Of a stretch of DNA of 64,000 bases, positions 42,653-55,363 are shown piece after piece (within the stretch, counting starts at the first letter, position 1; the number at the start of each line of letters is the position of its first letter). The notes beneath the pieces were generated by a model. It was not told the DNA's origin and did not search any database. It saw only the letters and a program-made list of their open reading frames with translations. Both the position numbers and the translations under genes were made by a program. This DNA is from Salisapilia sapeloensis CBS 127946 (lineage: Eukaryota; Protista; Oomycota), in contig JAADVB010000067.1 of the NCBI GenBank assembly GCA_023334545.1, forward strand, positions 1-64,000. The letters run 5' to 3'.

Positions 42653-44740
42653 ATGTTGCGACCTCAGAGTGCTCACCAGGAAGGGAGGATGGACCGGAAG
42701 ATGGAGATCAAGTCGGCGCTTTACACTAGCCAAAGTCCGGTTTGTGCTGAACGTAGAGTGTGCGTACGAACCAAGCCAGGTGTCAAAGCGGCGCAAATTA
42801 GAGGAGCGCAACGACCAGCTTCAGCACGACCTGCTGCTACGAAGACAACGGATGTGACATCGAGTGGTGGAGGAAAGTGGCCAAAGTCAGTCGATGCATG
42901 GTTTCGCAAAATTCTTAAGATGCAAAAGATGTCGACCATAGACTTGGCTGATGCGTTTTGCTTTGGAAACGCAAGCAAGCATCGATATGTCCAGCTGAAC
43001 CACTTTTGTGACGTCTTGTTTAAACTTAATCCTGGAGGAATCAATGGACATAACCCCTTGACGGATGGAATGGAGGAATTTCTTTATTACTTTACGACAG
43101 AACAAACGGACGGATTGGTCGTGGATGTCCAAAAGGCTGTCAAAGCTTTGGATGTATGGGATCCAAAGCCAGAGCGTCCACGATCATGCTCTTGCTGTTT
43201 TCCATCCGAAGGATGTGTACGCATCCAATCTCCTCACTCACTACGATCCTTAGTAGATGAGAAAGATAAACTTCGAAAAGAAATCTTTGCTTTAAAGCTA
43301 CAAAACCTTCGACTAAGTCGAGAAATTCAAGGACAAAAGGATCGTGCCGAGTCCAGTGATGAAAGTTATGCTTTAGACAGTCCAGAGTTTACATCTTCTC
43401 CAGTCCGGAATGTGACGCCTACAGAAATAGATACACCAGGCCGACACTCATGTATCCGCAACTCTGCTGTCAATGGACACGAAGTACAGCTTGTGGACAT
43501 TGCGACCAAGCTACAATATGATGGAGTGAGAAGATTGGAATCAAGTCTATATGAGGCAGATACGTCTCAAAGTGGCTTTCTGACTGCGAAAGAGATTTGC
43601 TGGGCGATGAAAGAGCTCCATATAAACATATCGCAGTCCGATTTGATTGAACTATGCCTCGGACTCAAGTTTGATGCGCACGCACGTATCGACTACATAG
43701 AGTTCATCGATCTGTTACTAGACATTTTAGTCTACGAAAAGTTCCCAGACAAAGCACAAGCGAAGCATGCAGAGTGGCAATCTCTAGCTCGAGAGCTGCG
43801 AGAATACCTTAGTTTTCTCCAGAGCGACTCGACTGTTACAAGCGTCCACAGCAAGTTGTATGAGGTATACCGCATGATCTTTTCTGATGAAGAGTTATTA
43901 CCAATGTCACGCACTGTCGCTTTCTTTATGACAGAGCTAAAGCATTTGCATCCAAAGCTCAAGAAATGCCCATTATCTCGAAGCGATCTTATTAAGTTTC
44001 TACAGCCTTTTGCTGGAAAGAGCCATGAAATGAGCACATTGTCTGATCAAAGAGTTGTCGATGTATCTGCGATGTTTGATGCACTTTGCAAAGACGATGG
44101 TAACGATGTGGTTTCACGACGAGCACCACTAGCTTTTACCAAAGCGTTTTGGACACACATACGTAACAAACTGTGCAGCTACGACAGTGACAAGATTCCG
44201 CTCGTAAGTACTCAACTAGAGAAGATCTTTCACAAATTAGATCGATTTAAATCTCGATCTATCTCGCATAAGCAGTGGAACAAAATTCTGGATCGTCATC
44301 TTAATGATGAAGAAATGGAAGTTATATCAAAAGCACTTGAGTCAACAAGACTTCGGACTAGTTACCACCAAGCTCGGCACGAAAGAGATTGGAGCCCTTG
44401 CAAAGCACACTGTCAAGATGGAGTTCGGTACGATATTTTCCTGTGCCTCGTGTTTGAACAAGACATCTCGCCTGACAATTCAATCGAGCAAGAGATTCGA
44501 TTTGTATTGAAGCGGGAAATGCAGACGCATCGAGAAAGCTTCTTAACGAGCATTGCTGCCAGCTCGACCAACGGACTTTCATTAGACGACTTCTACTCTG
44601 CCTTCCACTCGTTTACCACCAGCTTGTCCTCAATGGAGCTCTTGTATCTTTCTTGCAAGTTTGGCGTCGAACACGCTACAAGGATCCACCCCAAGGTTCT
44701 ATACGAGCGTCTACAAACGTTCCTCCAAGCTCGCGTGTAG
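42653..44740 (+). CDS. Multi EF-hand-like protein with coiled coil
   Basis: 698-codon ORF; EF-hand-like pair ADTSQSGFLTAKEI / DAHARIDYIEF, and FHKLDRFKSRSISHKQW. The start is uncertain. Confidence 0.65.
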   Translation: MLRPQSAHQEGRMDRKMEIKSALYTSQSPVCAERRVCVRTKPGVKAAQIRGAQRPASARPAATKTTDVTSSGGGKWPKSVDAWFRKILKMQKMSTIDLADAFCFGNASKHRYVQLNHFCDVLFKLNPGGINGHNPLTDGMEEFLYYFTTEQTDGLVVDVQKAVKALDVWDPKPERPRSCSCCFPSEGCVRIQSPHSLRSLVDEKDKLRKEIFALKLQNLRLSREIQGQKDRAESSDESYALDSPEFTSSPVRNVTPTEIDTPGRHSCIRNSAVNGHEVQLVDIATKLQYDGVRRLESSLYEADTSQSGFLTAKEICWAMKELHINISQSDLIELCLGLKFDAHARIDYIEFIDLLLDILVYEKFPDKAQAKHAEWQSLARELREYLSFLQSDSTVTSVHSKLYEVYRMIFSDEELLPMSRTVAFFMTELKHLHPKLKKCPLSRSDLIKFLQPFAGKSHEMSTLSDQRVVDVSAMFDALCKDDGNDVVSRRAPLAFTKAFWTHIRNKLCSYDSDKIPLVSTQLEKIFHKLDRFKSRSISHKQWNKILDRHLNDEEMEVISKALESTRLRTSYHQARHERDWSPCKAHCQDGVRYDIFLCLVFEQDISPDNSIEQEIRFVLKREMQTHRESFLTSIAASSTNGLSLDDFYSAFHSFTTSLSSMELLYLSCKFGVEHATRIHPKVLYERLQTFLQARV

Positions 44741-45174
44741 GTAGAACATTACAAAGGCGTAGATGTTGAGGCTAACGAAGAAAGTAGAATCAATTGAACT
44801 GCGTAGATATACTTTTAATTAGAACACTTAAAATTTTACAGAAGTAGACATGGAAACATTCATCTATTTGTATGTCGACGGGAATAGTTTATGCGGATGC
44901 TCTAGCTATAATGATGTCAACATCACCCCCAACAAGCCTAGTCTAGTACACCTATCATACCTCGTTGCTTGTCTCTATCCGTAGCTACACAGCTGAACGC
45001 ATGTGGAAGATTCATGTACGTCTCAAGTCCTAACATTGTCGTGTTTCTTTTATTCATACGCCTACGAGTGTTCGGAATCTGTATCTAAAAAACGAGCATC
45101 CTCGCTCTCTTGACAGAGCGATCACCGCGCGCATTTAGAGTCGGTCAGACGTGGACAAAGGCTCATTGAGCGGC

Positions 45175-47058
45175 TTACATCATGCCGCCCATGCCACCCA
45201 TGCCACCCATGCCGCCCATGCCGCCCATGCCACCGGCAGCAGCACCGTCGTCACCCGGGAGGTCAGCGATAAGTGCTTCGGCAGTCATCATGAGCGAGGC
45301 AACGGAAGACGCGTCGACGACGCCCGTGCGCACAACCTTGGTCGGGTCGATGATACCAGCTTCGACCATGTCGACGTACTCGCCGGTCTGGGCGTTGAAG
45401 CCGTAGGTGGGCGAGTCGTTCTCGAGCATCTTGCCGACAACGACAGCGCCTTCTTCACCGGCGTTCTTCGCGATCTGCATAACCGTGGAGCGGCAAGCAC
45501 GCTCGACGATTTCGACACCAACCTTCTGGTCCAAGTTCTGGCAGTTGTCGTACAGGCTCTTGAGCGAGCGCGAGCACCAAAGGAGGGCAGCTCCACCGCC
45601 AGGAACAATGCCCTCGGCAACGGCAGCACGCGTGGCGTTCAAGGCATCCGTGACACGGTCCTTCTTCTCGTTCACCTCGACTTCGCTAGCACCACCAACC
45701 TTGATGACAGCAACACCGCCGCTGAGCTTGGCAAGACGTTCCTGGAGCTTTTCCTTCTCGTACTCGCTCGAAGTGGCTTCGATAGACGAACGGAGGAGGT
45801 TGCAACGCTCTTCCACGGCGTCCGCGACACCTGCGCCGTCCAGCATCAAAGTGTCATCCTTGGTGATCGACACGTTCTTGGCAGATCCGAGCATGTCAGC
45901 CGTCGTGCTCTCGAGACGGTGGCCGAGGTCCTCGGAGACGACCGTGGCACCAGTGAGCACAGCCATGTCCTGGAGAGAAGACTTGCGGTTCTCACCGAAG
46001 CCAGGGGCCTTGACGGCACAGACCTTGAGACCACCACGGATCTTGTTGATGACAAGGGCAGCAAGAGCTTCGCTGTCGACGTCCTCAGCAATGAGGAGCA
46101 ACGGACGCTGCTGCTTGGCGACCATCTCGAGCACCGGGACAAGGGACTGGAGGCTGGAGACCTTCTTCTCAACGAGGAGGATGTATGGGTTCTCCATTTC
46201 GCACGTCTGCGTCTTGTTGTCCGTGACAAAGTACGGCGAGATGTAACCACGGTCGAACTTCATACCTTCAACAACTTCGAGTTCGTTGAAGAGCGTGCGG
46301 CCGTCCTGGACGGTGATGACACCTTCCTTGCCCACACGCTCCATGGCGTCCGAAATGAGGTCACCGATCTCCGTTTCGCTGTTGGCAGAGATCGTGGCGA
46401 CCTGGGCAACCTTCTGCTTGTCGTCAACGCTCTGGGAGATGGACTGGAGCTCATCGGTGATCTTGTCCACGGCCATCTGGATGCCGCGACGGAGGTCCGT
46501 CGGGTTCATGCCAGCCGCAACACTCTTGCAACCTTCCGAATAGATCGAACGGGTGAGGACGGTGGCGGACGTGGTACCGTCACCAGCCGTTTCGTTCGTG
46601 TTGTTCGCGACCTGACGGAGCAACTGGGCGCCCATGTTCTCGAACTTGTCCTTGAACTCAATGTTCTTGGCGACCGTGACACCATCCTTGGTGATCTTGG
46701 GCGCACCGAAGGACTGGTCGATGACAACGTTGCGGCCCTTGGGACCAAGCGTGACTTGGACGGCGTTGGCGAGTTGGTCCGCACCCTTCAACATAGCAGC
46801 ACGTCCCTAGAATCATTGCAAAGAAAGATAAGTACATGTACGTTGCATGCAACTTGCATTGCCTCTTCCTCGATCAAGTGCAACTTCATATAAAAAAGAG
46901 TGCGGAATCGAAGTGAAAGAGCTACTAAGAAGAAAACAAGACGGTACCTCGACGCTGAACATGATCTCCTTGCCAGAGGCAAAGTTACGCGCACCAAAAG
47001 GCGCCTTGGTGGCGTGCTTGGCAGCACGCTTGGCGGCCGTCATGAGCTGAGGATTCAT
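45175..47058 (-). CDS. HSP60: Mitochondrial chaperonin 60 (GroEL-like), 2 exons; intron 46947-46807
   Basis: Arg/Lys/Ala-rich presequence then FSVE|[57 protein letters not shown] and a GGM tail. Confidence 0.97.
45181..45234 (-). repeat. 6 x 9-bp repeat encoding the GGM tail of HSP60
   Basis: (CATGCCRCC)6 on the plus strand. Confidence 0.95.
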
Positions 47059-47117
47059 CGTTGACGTTTACGATCAAAAGTGAAAGTGACTCGGAGATCC
47101 ACACGTTTGGCTCTGGT

Positions 47118-47165
47118 CGAAAGTTCCAGATTTGGGGGTCGAGGGTGCTAGGGTTTGAATCTTCA
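47118..47165. promoter_or_regulatory. Two heat-shock-element-like nGAAnnTTCn motifs upstream of HSP60
   Basis: cGAAagTTCcaGATt (47118-47132) and tGAAtcTTCa (47156-47165), 60-110 nt upstream of the ATG. Confidence 0.5.
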
Positions 47166-48217
47166 AGCGAAGTAATGGCCTTGTCTGTCTATGGACATCC
47201 TTGGCGTTGGCTCACTTAACGCCTTGAGACGATGTGAGATATGGTAGGAGATGACTGGAGCGTGGATGTTACTATGAGAGGTAGTTTGGCGCTTCTGGTG
47301 TATGTTGAGTGCTTTGGTGTGGATAATCATGCTTGTAGCGCTCTAGGATCATCAACATATGAAGTGTTTGCTCAATTGTGATCGACTTTATCTCGAATGT
47401 GTCTAGGATACTGGGCTACCGGCGGTGGAAGCTGTAGTTTGGATGTTTCTTATTACAAAAGCGTCCTTGTTGTTCGTCTTGGTAGACGTGCACGTCTAAT
47501 TTTGACAAATTTAGCGTGGCTGCTTCTATCGATCAATATTGCTTTCATCCAAAAGTACTGTTGATTGCGCTTAGGTGGCGGCTTGATTAAATTTAAAGGC
47601 GAAATATAGAGTACTCATTGCTTCTATCGAGGTCGGTCAAGCGTTACGGCTCGGCTCGACCTGCGCAATTAGTTTAATCGACAGTTATTGTCTACACAAC
47701 CAAAACTCAGGATCAAAATGTGTTCGCTTGTCCCTGTTTAGATTGCCTGAGAATGTATATCTGGACAAGAACCATTCCTATCGAAATGTGCTAAATGCAA
47801 TGGATATGATTTTGCTCGTTGACGAAAGTGGATCAAGCTATTTTGTTCCCAGTCTTGACAACGACTTGAACAGCTATGGTCTTTCATTTCTACGCTCGGA
47901 AATTGCAAGTTACAATACTCAGTGGTAACTACATACCGGATAGTGTCGGAAGACCAACAAGCAACAGCACAAAGTCTTCATCAACGATGCAAAGCGTTGC
48001 TCCATCACATTCATTCAACATTATAGATTAAATTCCACATGAAGAACCATTTTAACTCATACTCTCTCGTCTATGGTATCAAATCTCTACATCTCCTCGA
48101 CCATTATCCACAACTTATATAAAGTACCGGCCAGCTCATTCACTTGAGTCTAAAAGCTCTTCATTTCCGGCACTTCTGGGAATACCACTGCAAACCGGTA
48201 CCCTTGTGGTACCATGA

Positions 48218-50186
48218 ATGGCAACGCATAGAGAAACAAACGGTCACAAATTCCGAACTTTGAGTATGGACGCCACTGGGACGGTGTGGGATCCCCAAGC
48301 AGTGATCGCTGGGGCAAAGCAACTCATTAATGCGAGCAACGTGTGTGCCATAACTACTCTCTTGCATTCTCACAACATCTAAAAGCACATTGTACTTCTG
48401 TATGATGCACATAGTATGAAAAAGTAGGCGAAGCTCGTACGAATATCGAGACAACGATGAAGCAGTGGGTGGATTACGCTCAGTCGCAACAGAGCCCGGA
48501 CGATCAAGCTATTCTTTGTATTGTACAACTATGGCAGTCATACGCTGGGCTAGAAATCGAACTGCGCCAGTTTAAACAAGCGACCAAAGTATATGAAAAA
48601 GCAGTAGCGTGTCCCATCGCCGGGACCAAGCTTTGTATATGGTTGGACTATGCCAATTTCTGTATCGAGCGAAAGAAGTTCTCGAACGCTCGCAAGCTCT
48701 TCCTCCGTGCACTCCAATCCCTTTCGGTACTTTCACCTCTATTTCTTGTACATATCCCCGCTGGTTTTGGTATTTCGACCATTCCGTCTTGCTATCGATT
48801 CCATGTACTTTGCAAAACAGAAAGATATACGTTCCTACTACAGTGTTGATTGTAGAAGATAAAATACAAGAAACGTACTGCATGACTGGCACTAACTGCG
48901 TATTTACGCAATAGAAATCGGACCATCCAAAGATATGGGAAGCGTATCATGCATTTATGAAAGCACACATTGATCCGAACGTGACTATGGAAAGTCTCCA
49001 GTCCCAATCAGCACAAGCCAAATCGCCAACGTCAACGCCAGCACCAGCTACGCAATCGCCATCTTCCTCTACAATCAATTCAGACGCACGTTCGGATCCA
49101 AAGTCAGATCCAGGTCCGACCACAAATGATTTAAACGAACTTGCATACTTTCGTCATATTCCCGTCACACTTCCATACATCAGCTCCGTTCCTCACCTCC
49201 TATTCGACAAGATGGAAGGAGAAGAAGGGAAGGAAGCAAAGGACACTGTAACGAGCAAAGTCCTGGAAGACCTATCGGAAGTGCTGCGTGACATTAGTGT
49301 CTTCGACGCTGTGAACGAACTCCGTCGAGATCAGCGTACTCGAGACCGTGATACGCTTTATCGGTGGCAAGACTTGATCGCGACGCAGATGAAGGAAGGC
49401 AGTGAGCTCTTTGCCAACCACACGAGTGTCGAGCAGTCGATTATGAAAGACCCAAAGCAGTTTATCGAGTGTAAGAACCTTCACATGCAACAACGACGGG
49501 ACTTTGTCACTCGCTGTCAGAGCTCCCAAGATCAGTTCATCGAACTATGCGCAGTCGAACGAGAGAAGCAACTGCGTCAGCAGCAAGAGGCTCTGGCGCA
49601 ATTGAAGTTGCCGGATATGGAAGTGACGGCGGACTATGAGACCGTCCAACGTCAACGAGCGATCATCGCGCTTGTGGTTGAAACGGAGGAAGCGTGGAAG
49701 GCAGAGATGAACGAGACCTCTACGAAGGAATCTTTGGACGCTGCGCCTCGAACGTCCAGCCACGCACATACTTCTAGCCAACGGTATGACCATCCAACTT
49801 CCACTCGACCGTCCGATCGCGATCGTCGTCGCCGAGTTGCTGATCGTCGGAACCACTACCAGTCAGATTCGAATCGGTCTCGCCCGAATGGCTATCATGA
49901 CCAGAGACAGCGTCCACCGCGGACGCAGAGCCAGTACCAGGCGAATATGATGCCGATGGATCCAGCCTATCAGATGCAGTACAATCTCGGGTTTCAGCAA
50001 GCCATGCAGATGCAGATGGGCATGCCACCGCAGTCGTTCCCACCTCCGTATCCGAATGACCCTCGTCGGCAGCCGTATGCAGATGAAAGGTACGCGAGAC
50101 CGTATGGTCGAGAGAGGGAGCCTCCGAATGGGTATCGAGGTGGAAGACGCGATGATCGGCCAAGGCGTGGAGGGTATCGTCGGTAA
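48218..50186 (+). CDS. HAT (half-a-TPR) repeat protein with Arg/Pro/Gly-rich RNA-binding-like tail (at least 3 exons)
   Basis: Exons 48218-48340, 48415-48726 and 48915-50186 splice in frame. HAT-like LWQSYAGLEI..ATKVYEKAV, IWLDYANF..ARKLFLRAL and IWEAYHAF. C-terminal RGGRRDDRPRRGGYRR. INR GCTCATTCA at 48134. Confidence 0.7.
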
Positions 50187-52897
50187 AAAGAATAAGAGGG
50201 ATTTTGCTTTGCAGATTTGAGTGTATATCTTGTTACTGGCAGGAGATTGCTGTCGAGGCATACGTAGCTTTTTCTACAGATAAGTGGTATCGATATGCAT
50301 GGTGATCTTTAGATGGACTTAATAAATGACCTTCTATACTTCTACTACTTGTAGAATAAACTTGTAGGCAGTACGAACTAGTACAGTGGTGTTTTATGCA
50401 GCAGAGCTAAAGCATAGAATCGGAATGAGTTGTCCTATAGAAAACCGGTCCCAACAATTGATATCTTAAACAAGTATCGATTCGTATAGTATAGACTCGA
50501 TTTGGTTGTACCGATCACGAACGGATTTCGTCGACATGAAGACTCGATATCTCGAATAAAAGCTATACTAGACTTCAAGCGTGAGCGTCATGGTCATCGT
50601 AGTCATGCATGCCGCCTAAAGAGTCTATTGGTTATCGCCATTAAAACGATGCTCTCGGAAGCACAGTATGCAAGTGTGTGCATAGTAATGTAGCATCTTC
50701 AAATCTTCTGCACATACTTGACATGGCGCTAGGCTCACCTATCTCTTCTTTGTACTTTACTGACTTGTGGTAACCATCGACAGGTTTGGCAGTTGCGTGG
50801 CTATACATAAAAGGTTTGGAAGCGTCAGGCTGTGATATAGCCTAGCAGTCGTCATGGTACGTCGAGACACTCCGATGCATTACCCCGAGTTTCGTCTGAC
50901 AGTAGTCAGAGAAAGTAACAAGGAGATTTTAATCTGGATTTCTACGTACGATCCAAATGAGAACTGCTGCAATACTCAATATGACACGATGATCGACGTG
51001 TAACTTGATGAAGCGTACTGCGAACTTCACTTGGTCATTCTTTTATCTCCGATATAGCTTTATCATTTCTTTCGAAATCGACAAGTTGACTCCATTCATG
51101 CCCTACTACAAATGTTTTCGCATCTTCATAGCTTTCAATATCTCGCTCCGATCTATTTGCTTTTGACTGGAAGTACATGACTGTGCTTCGAGTCGGAGAG
51201 TTTCTCGATATGTGATTAAAATTAGGTGGTGCATCATTAAAACTTGTCTATCTATTTGATGTGACTCTGCTGTATCAGAGGTGGCAACCTTCAGTTCTTC
51301 ATCTAAAGATAGAAGTCCGAAATCTCCACACTCATAAAGAGTGGATATAGGGTCCATGAAAGAATCTCTACTGATGGAATAACTTATGGAAGAGCAAATA
51401 AGACCTAAACGAAAAGATATACGGTACTAAGCAACCACGACTACACCCTGTTCATTACCAGACGAATGTAGAGAATATTCTGATCAATGGACGACTTCAA
51501 GGATGGGTCTGGGTGCCCATTAGAGATTGAAAACTTGGTCAATTATAAAGAGCCAACCACAGTCGTTTTGTAAATCGATTAAAATACGGTTGTGCGTGGT
51601 ATATGCGTTTGTCCATGTAGCATAGCTGGCTTGTATTTCTGACTCGAAATAAATGATGAAGATGTAGATGAATGCGATTTTTCTTAGTAAATTAGAATGC
51701 AAGAGGAGCAAGAAGAAAAGTATGCAGTCTTTAGTGAATTGCCGAAGTTTTTCTTCAAGCAGTGAGTTTCCTATACTCACATCCGGGCTGAAAGATAGGT
51801 TATACGGTATATCGTTGCATAACCTGTATCTGTTGGTACTTAGCGCAGGTAGGATAAAGGATACATCATCTAAACGCTCCACATGGTGCGGGTACGTTCA
51901 TGATTTGTAGCATGAACGGCAAAGTCAACATTAAAAGTACTACTTTTGTACAGAATTCACGTCTCAATTGAAACACGCGATTGAAGCTCGTTCGACTCGT
52001 CTCAAATTACGCATTAAAGCTTAGGCGAAACAGCGAAATCAACTGCAGGGTCGGACAAGAAGTCGCCATCATCAAAATCTTCATACCAATCGAAAGTCTT
52101 AATTGCAATAAAGAGCCCGATGTATCTTGAGAATAATAGGCGATATCAACTTATAGTTCACTACTCTACACGGGCTTATAGCTTGGTTACTACACCTCTA
52201 TTTGTATTCTTGAAGAAAATCTAGCATGCCACTTTATAAATCGAAATAGCCTCTGTATAGTCTCCCAGTTAGACATGTCGTTTGCATCGAGGAAGACACG
52301 ATGTGCCTATGAATTTTGTTGATGCAATTATACCTTTTACTAGTACATACAGGACCACAGCTTGTCACACGTTGTTTTGAAAGTGATATTTGCACAACGT
52401 TCAATTTTCATCTAATCAATCCGAGTGGAAACTTGGTCTTCCAATCACAAGATTTTATCTTAATATTATGCCATATCTTGAAGTCGTCTAGGCGCGTGCC
52501 TCGCTTCAACCCTTCCACCAAGATCACGCCACGTGCCATACTGAAGCAGATATCCAATGATCTTCTTTATGAGCCAAAGAACGATTTTCCATCCTTGCGC
52601 TTTTGCTACCTCTTGGAGAATACCGTAATTTAACACGGTGGGTATCTAGCAGTATAATAAAGCGTGGAAAGTCAATTTCGTCTAGAATGTAGGTAGTGGA
52701 AAATCGTGGTAAGTTTTCTTTCATTTTTCGCGACGTGTCGACAAACCTACATTCCGTCCAACTAATCCTTTCGTGATTGTGCATAATCTGCAGTCAACAA
52801 CATTTTGCCTTCATTGTGGCATAAACTTCCCCTTTAATGCTAGTAAACAACGAGAGTTCGTTCACTTTGTAATTTGACATTGTGTTCTCACTTGGAT

Positions 52898-53518
52898 ATG
52901 GTCGATATTGGTATAAACTGGTATGGAATGGGGCCTTCGGTTCCGTTGCAAGTCTTGCTCGAGGATGTAGACATGGAGTGCATGTCCAAATTTCCAGAAG
53001 AGTTAGACCTGATCGAATGGGACGATGCGCTCACATCTTCAAAAGACTTGGGCAGTGTATTACCAGTGTTGTCTCCAGAGGCGATTGAACCCATTCCGCT
53101 GGAGATGTCTACATTATCTCCATCGCCCACATCTTCAAGCAAAGCAGACCAAAGCTCTCCCATGAAGCAATCTCCAGATCGAAAGAGGAAGCGGTCGAGC
53201 AGCCCTACATCGTCCTCAAAAAGCCCTTCAAAGAAGAGGAAGCGGCCACAACAACTCGAGCTAGAGAGATTGCGAGTGACGTCGAAAGAATTGGAAGAGG
53301 TCTTGATTGAAGTGAAACGGGAGAAAGGGATCAGCATGGACGAAGAAGAAAGCGCGATGAGAGTCAGCTGGAAAGCGATTGCCGAAAGCCGTCGAAGTGA
53401 ACTCTTGAAGGCAGAGGAAGAGCAAATGTGGCTTCAATCCATGGTGGCCGAGCATAGAGCATTTATTGAAGCAGTGTCTGCTCCAGGTAAAGCTTTTTCA
53501 AAAGGCTTCACGCTATAA
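52898..53518 (+). CDS. M96-like short protein (basic region + coiled coils, no recognisable START domain)
   Basis: KKRKRPQQLELERLRVTSKELEEVLIEVKR...WKAIAESRRSELLKAEEEQMWLQSMV. INR+FPR-like TCACTTTGTAATTTG at 52862-52876. Donor-like CAG|GTAAAG near the 3' end. Confidence 0.7.
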   Translation: MVDIGINWYGMGPSVPLQVLLEDVDMECMSKFPEELDLIEWDDALTSSKDLGSVLPVLSPEAIEPIPLEMSTLSPSPTSSSKADQSSPMKQSPDRKRKRSSSPTSSSKSPSKKRKRPQQLELERLRVTSKELEEVLIEVKREKGISMDEEESAMRVSWKAIAESRRSELLKAEEEQMWLQSMVAEHRAFIEAVSAPGKAFSKGFTL

Positions 53519-55363
53519 ATGTATGGATTCGTAACGGGCAGTATAAAAATAAGCATTTCGATCTCACGAGCATGAAGCTCAAAAGTAGTTTGTCCGTATT
53601 TCGCTTGTTTCTTCAAGTGATTGCATATATAATTTACATGGCGCCAGTCATACCACAATATGCTGACAAGACAATACCCAAGAATATTCTGAATAATGGC
53701 CTGGCATCGAAATGTGTGGCCAATCGATCGATCTACCGATAAAATGCGGTATATGTGAGCCTTGGGACCGTATCCAAATTGAATGATCTCGCTTGTTTTG
53801 TCGCAAAAGGTCGACAAGCAAATTGGTGCTAGTAAATTACCCACACATTTACCCCGTTTCATTCGCTATCTGTCTGGCTACATAAAGTTATGGCCAGAAG
53901 GCAAACATGCTCGCCAATACGGTCGAATTAGTCATCCATTGTATACGCTCGCTTCCACCCATTAACATGCCGCGTGGATAAGTGTTGATGCTCAATCGCC
54001 CCTCGACGTTTCTCTCCGCTCGTACTATGGCGTGCCTGTCCGGATAGCTGTCTTTGCTGACTCGTTTGTAGATACAAGCGACAATGCGCTTGATAGACCC
54101 CTCTCCCAACCTCTTATGGCGCTCAGACGCCGTTCTATTACTAGTTTTATGACTAGGATTGCCGTTGAGCCTAATAGTTTGGAACCATGGTTACCGATCT
54201 TGCTATATGCCACCGATCTTTTCAATCAGCGGTAAGCTTGATCGAAGTGTAAAGTCACTGCACCCTTTAACAGACATGTGATGAATAGGTCTCTCTAGTC
54301 GCGAGGATACGATCCCATCGCATGCTTCCTGGCGCAAACAGTTCAAGACTGAGGATGGGAAGACATAATCCATAATTAAAGCACAAAACCACCGCGGCAT
54401 GAAGCTTTAAAAAGTACATAAATAACCAAAGCATCTACACGGGAAGTTGATACAGCTTCAATACGACGTTATTGTCACGTTTCCAGTGTCCATTGTAACA
54501 CGTGGCCTCAATTCGAAACAAAGGTGAAAGAGACTGACGGCTTGCAGTCGCATACGTGATCCAAAACACTAGTAGCTAATGTTTTGATGCGCCGAACTAA
54601 AAAGTGTTGACGAGCATCACTGCTCATCGTTTTCAAAAATTTTAAATGTCAGCGTTGGGAAGTCAAGTCATGAAGAGAAGACCATGACTTGTGGGTTCCT
54701 AGTCAGTGTCATTTGACACCAAATAGCATTCAGTTTAGCCCCATCCTCGTTTAACCATCACTTTACCCTATCGAAGATAGGGTCTTGCGGGTTTTCAAAA
54801 ATATGAATGGAGCTCGCACGGTCTCACCGCAAGCGGGTCCATCTCTTACAAAGAACGCACCATCCCACTCCGAACAGACACGAATATTTGGAAGACATCT
54901 TCGCACTGTCTGAGTAGGCCGTCGGGTCAGGCATGCGCATTAGATACATTTTGTACCAAGCCCAATCTTTCATGTGATTTCTAGCAACAAATTCGTAAAT
55001 CTGACGAATCACAGACGCCATCGATTGAAAGACAGGTGTCGCCGTCGGCTATGGCTCTAAACCCAGTCTCTTTCCCACAACAATTAAGTCACAAATAATC
55101 ATTTGTGGCTCGCATTGCACGACGCGAGTAAAGAGACCGGACCACTTGATTTCGAACATAAAAGCGATGTCGTCCAACTTCGTCATCCTGTACGATCAAA
55201 CTGGAAGCCATTTTTCGGCCGTCACATGGCACCGACCAGCAACTTCGTGTATGCACACAGATTGGTATGCATGTGTTAAAATTGAGCAATTGCAACGAAG
55301 ACTTCGGCTCAACTACCATTTCTAAAATTGCCACCAAGTTCGCAAATCCATCAAACCACCAAG

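Noticed and set aside
45151-46893. 580-aa antisense ORF opposite HSP60
   Set aside because: In-register shadow of a strongly codon-biased gene; it has no independent motifs.
47728-48030. Short ORF fragments upstream of the HAT gene, considered as HSP10 or as extra exons
   Set aside because: No GroES motifs and no consistent splice path into the HAT ORF, which has its own INR and ATG.
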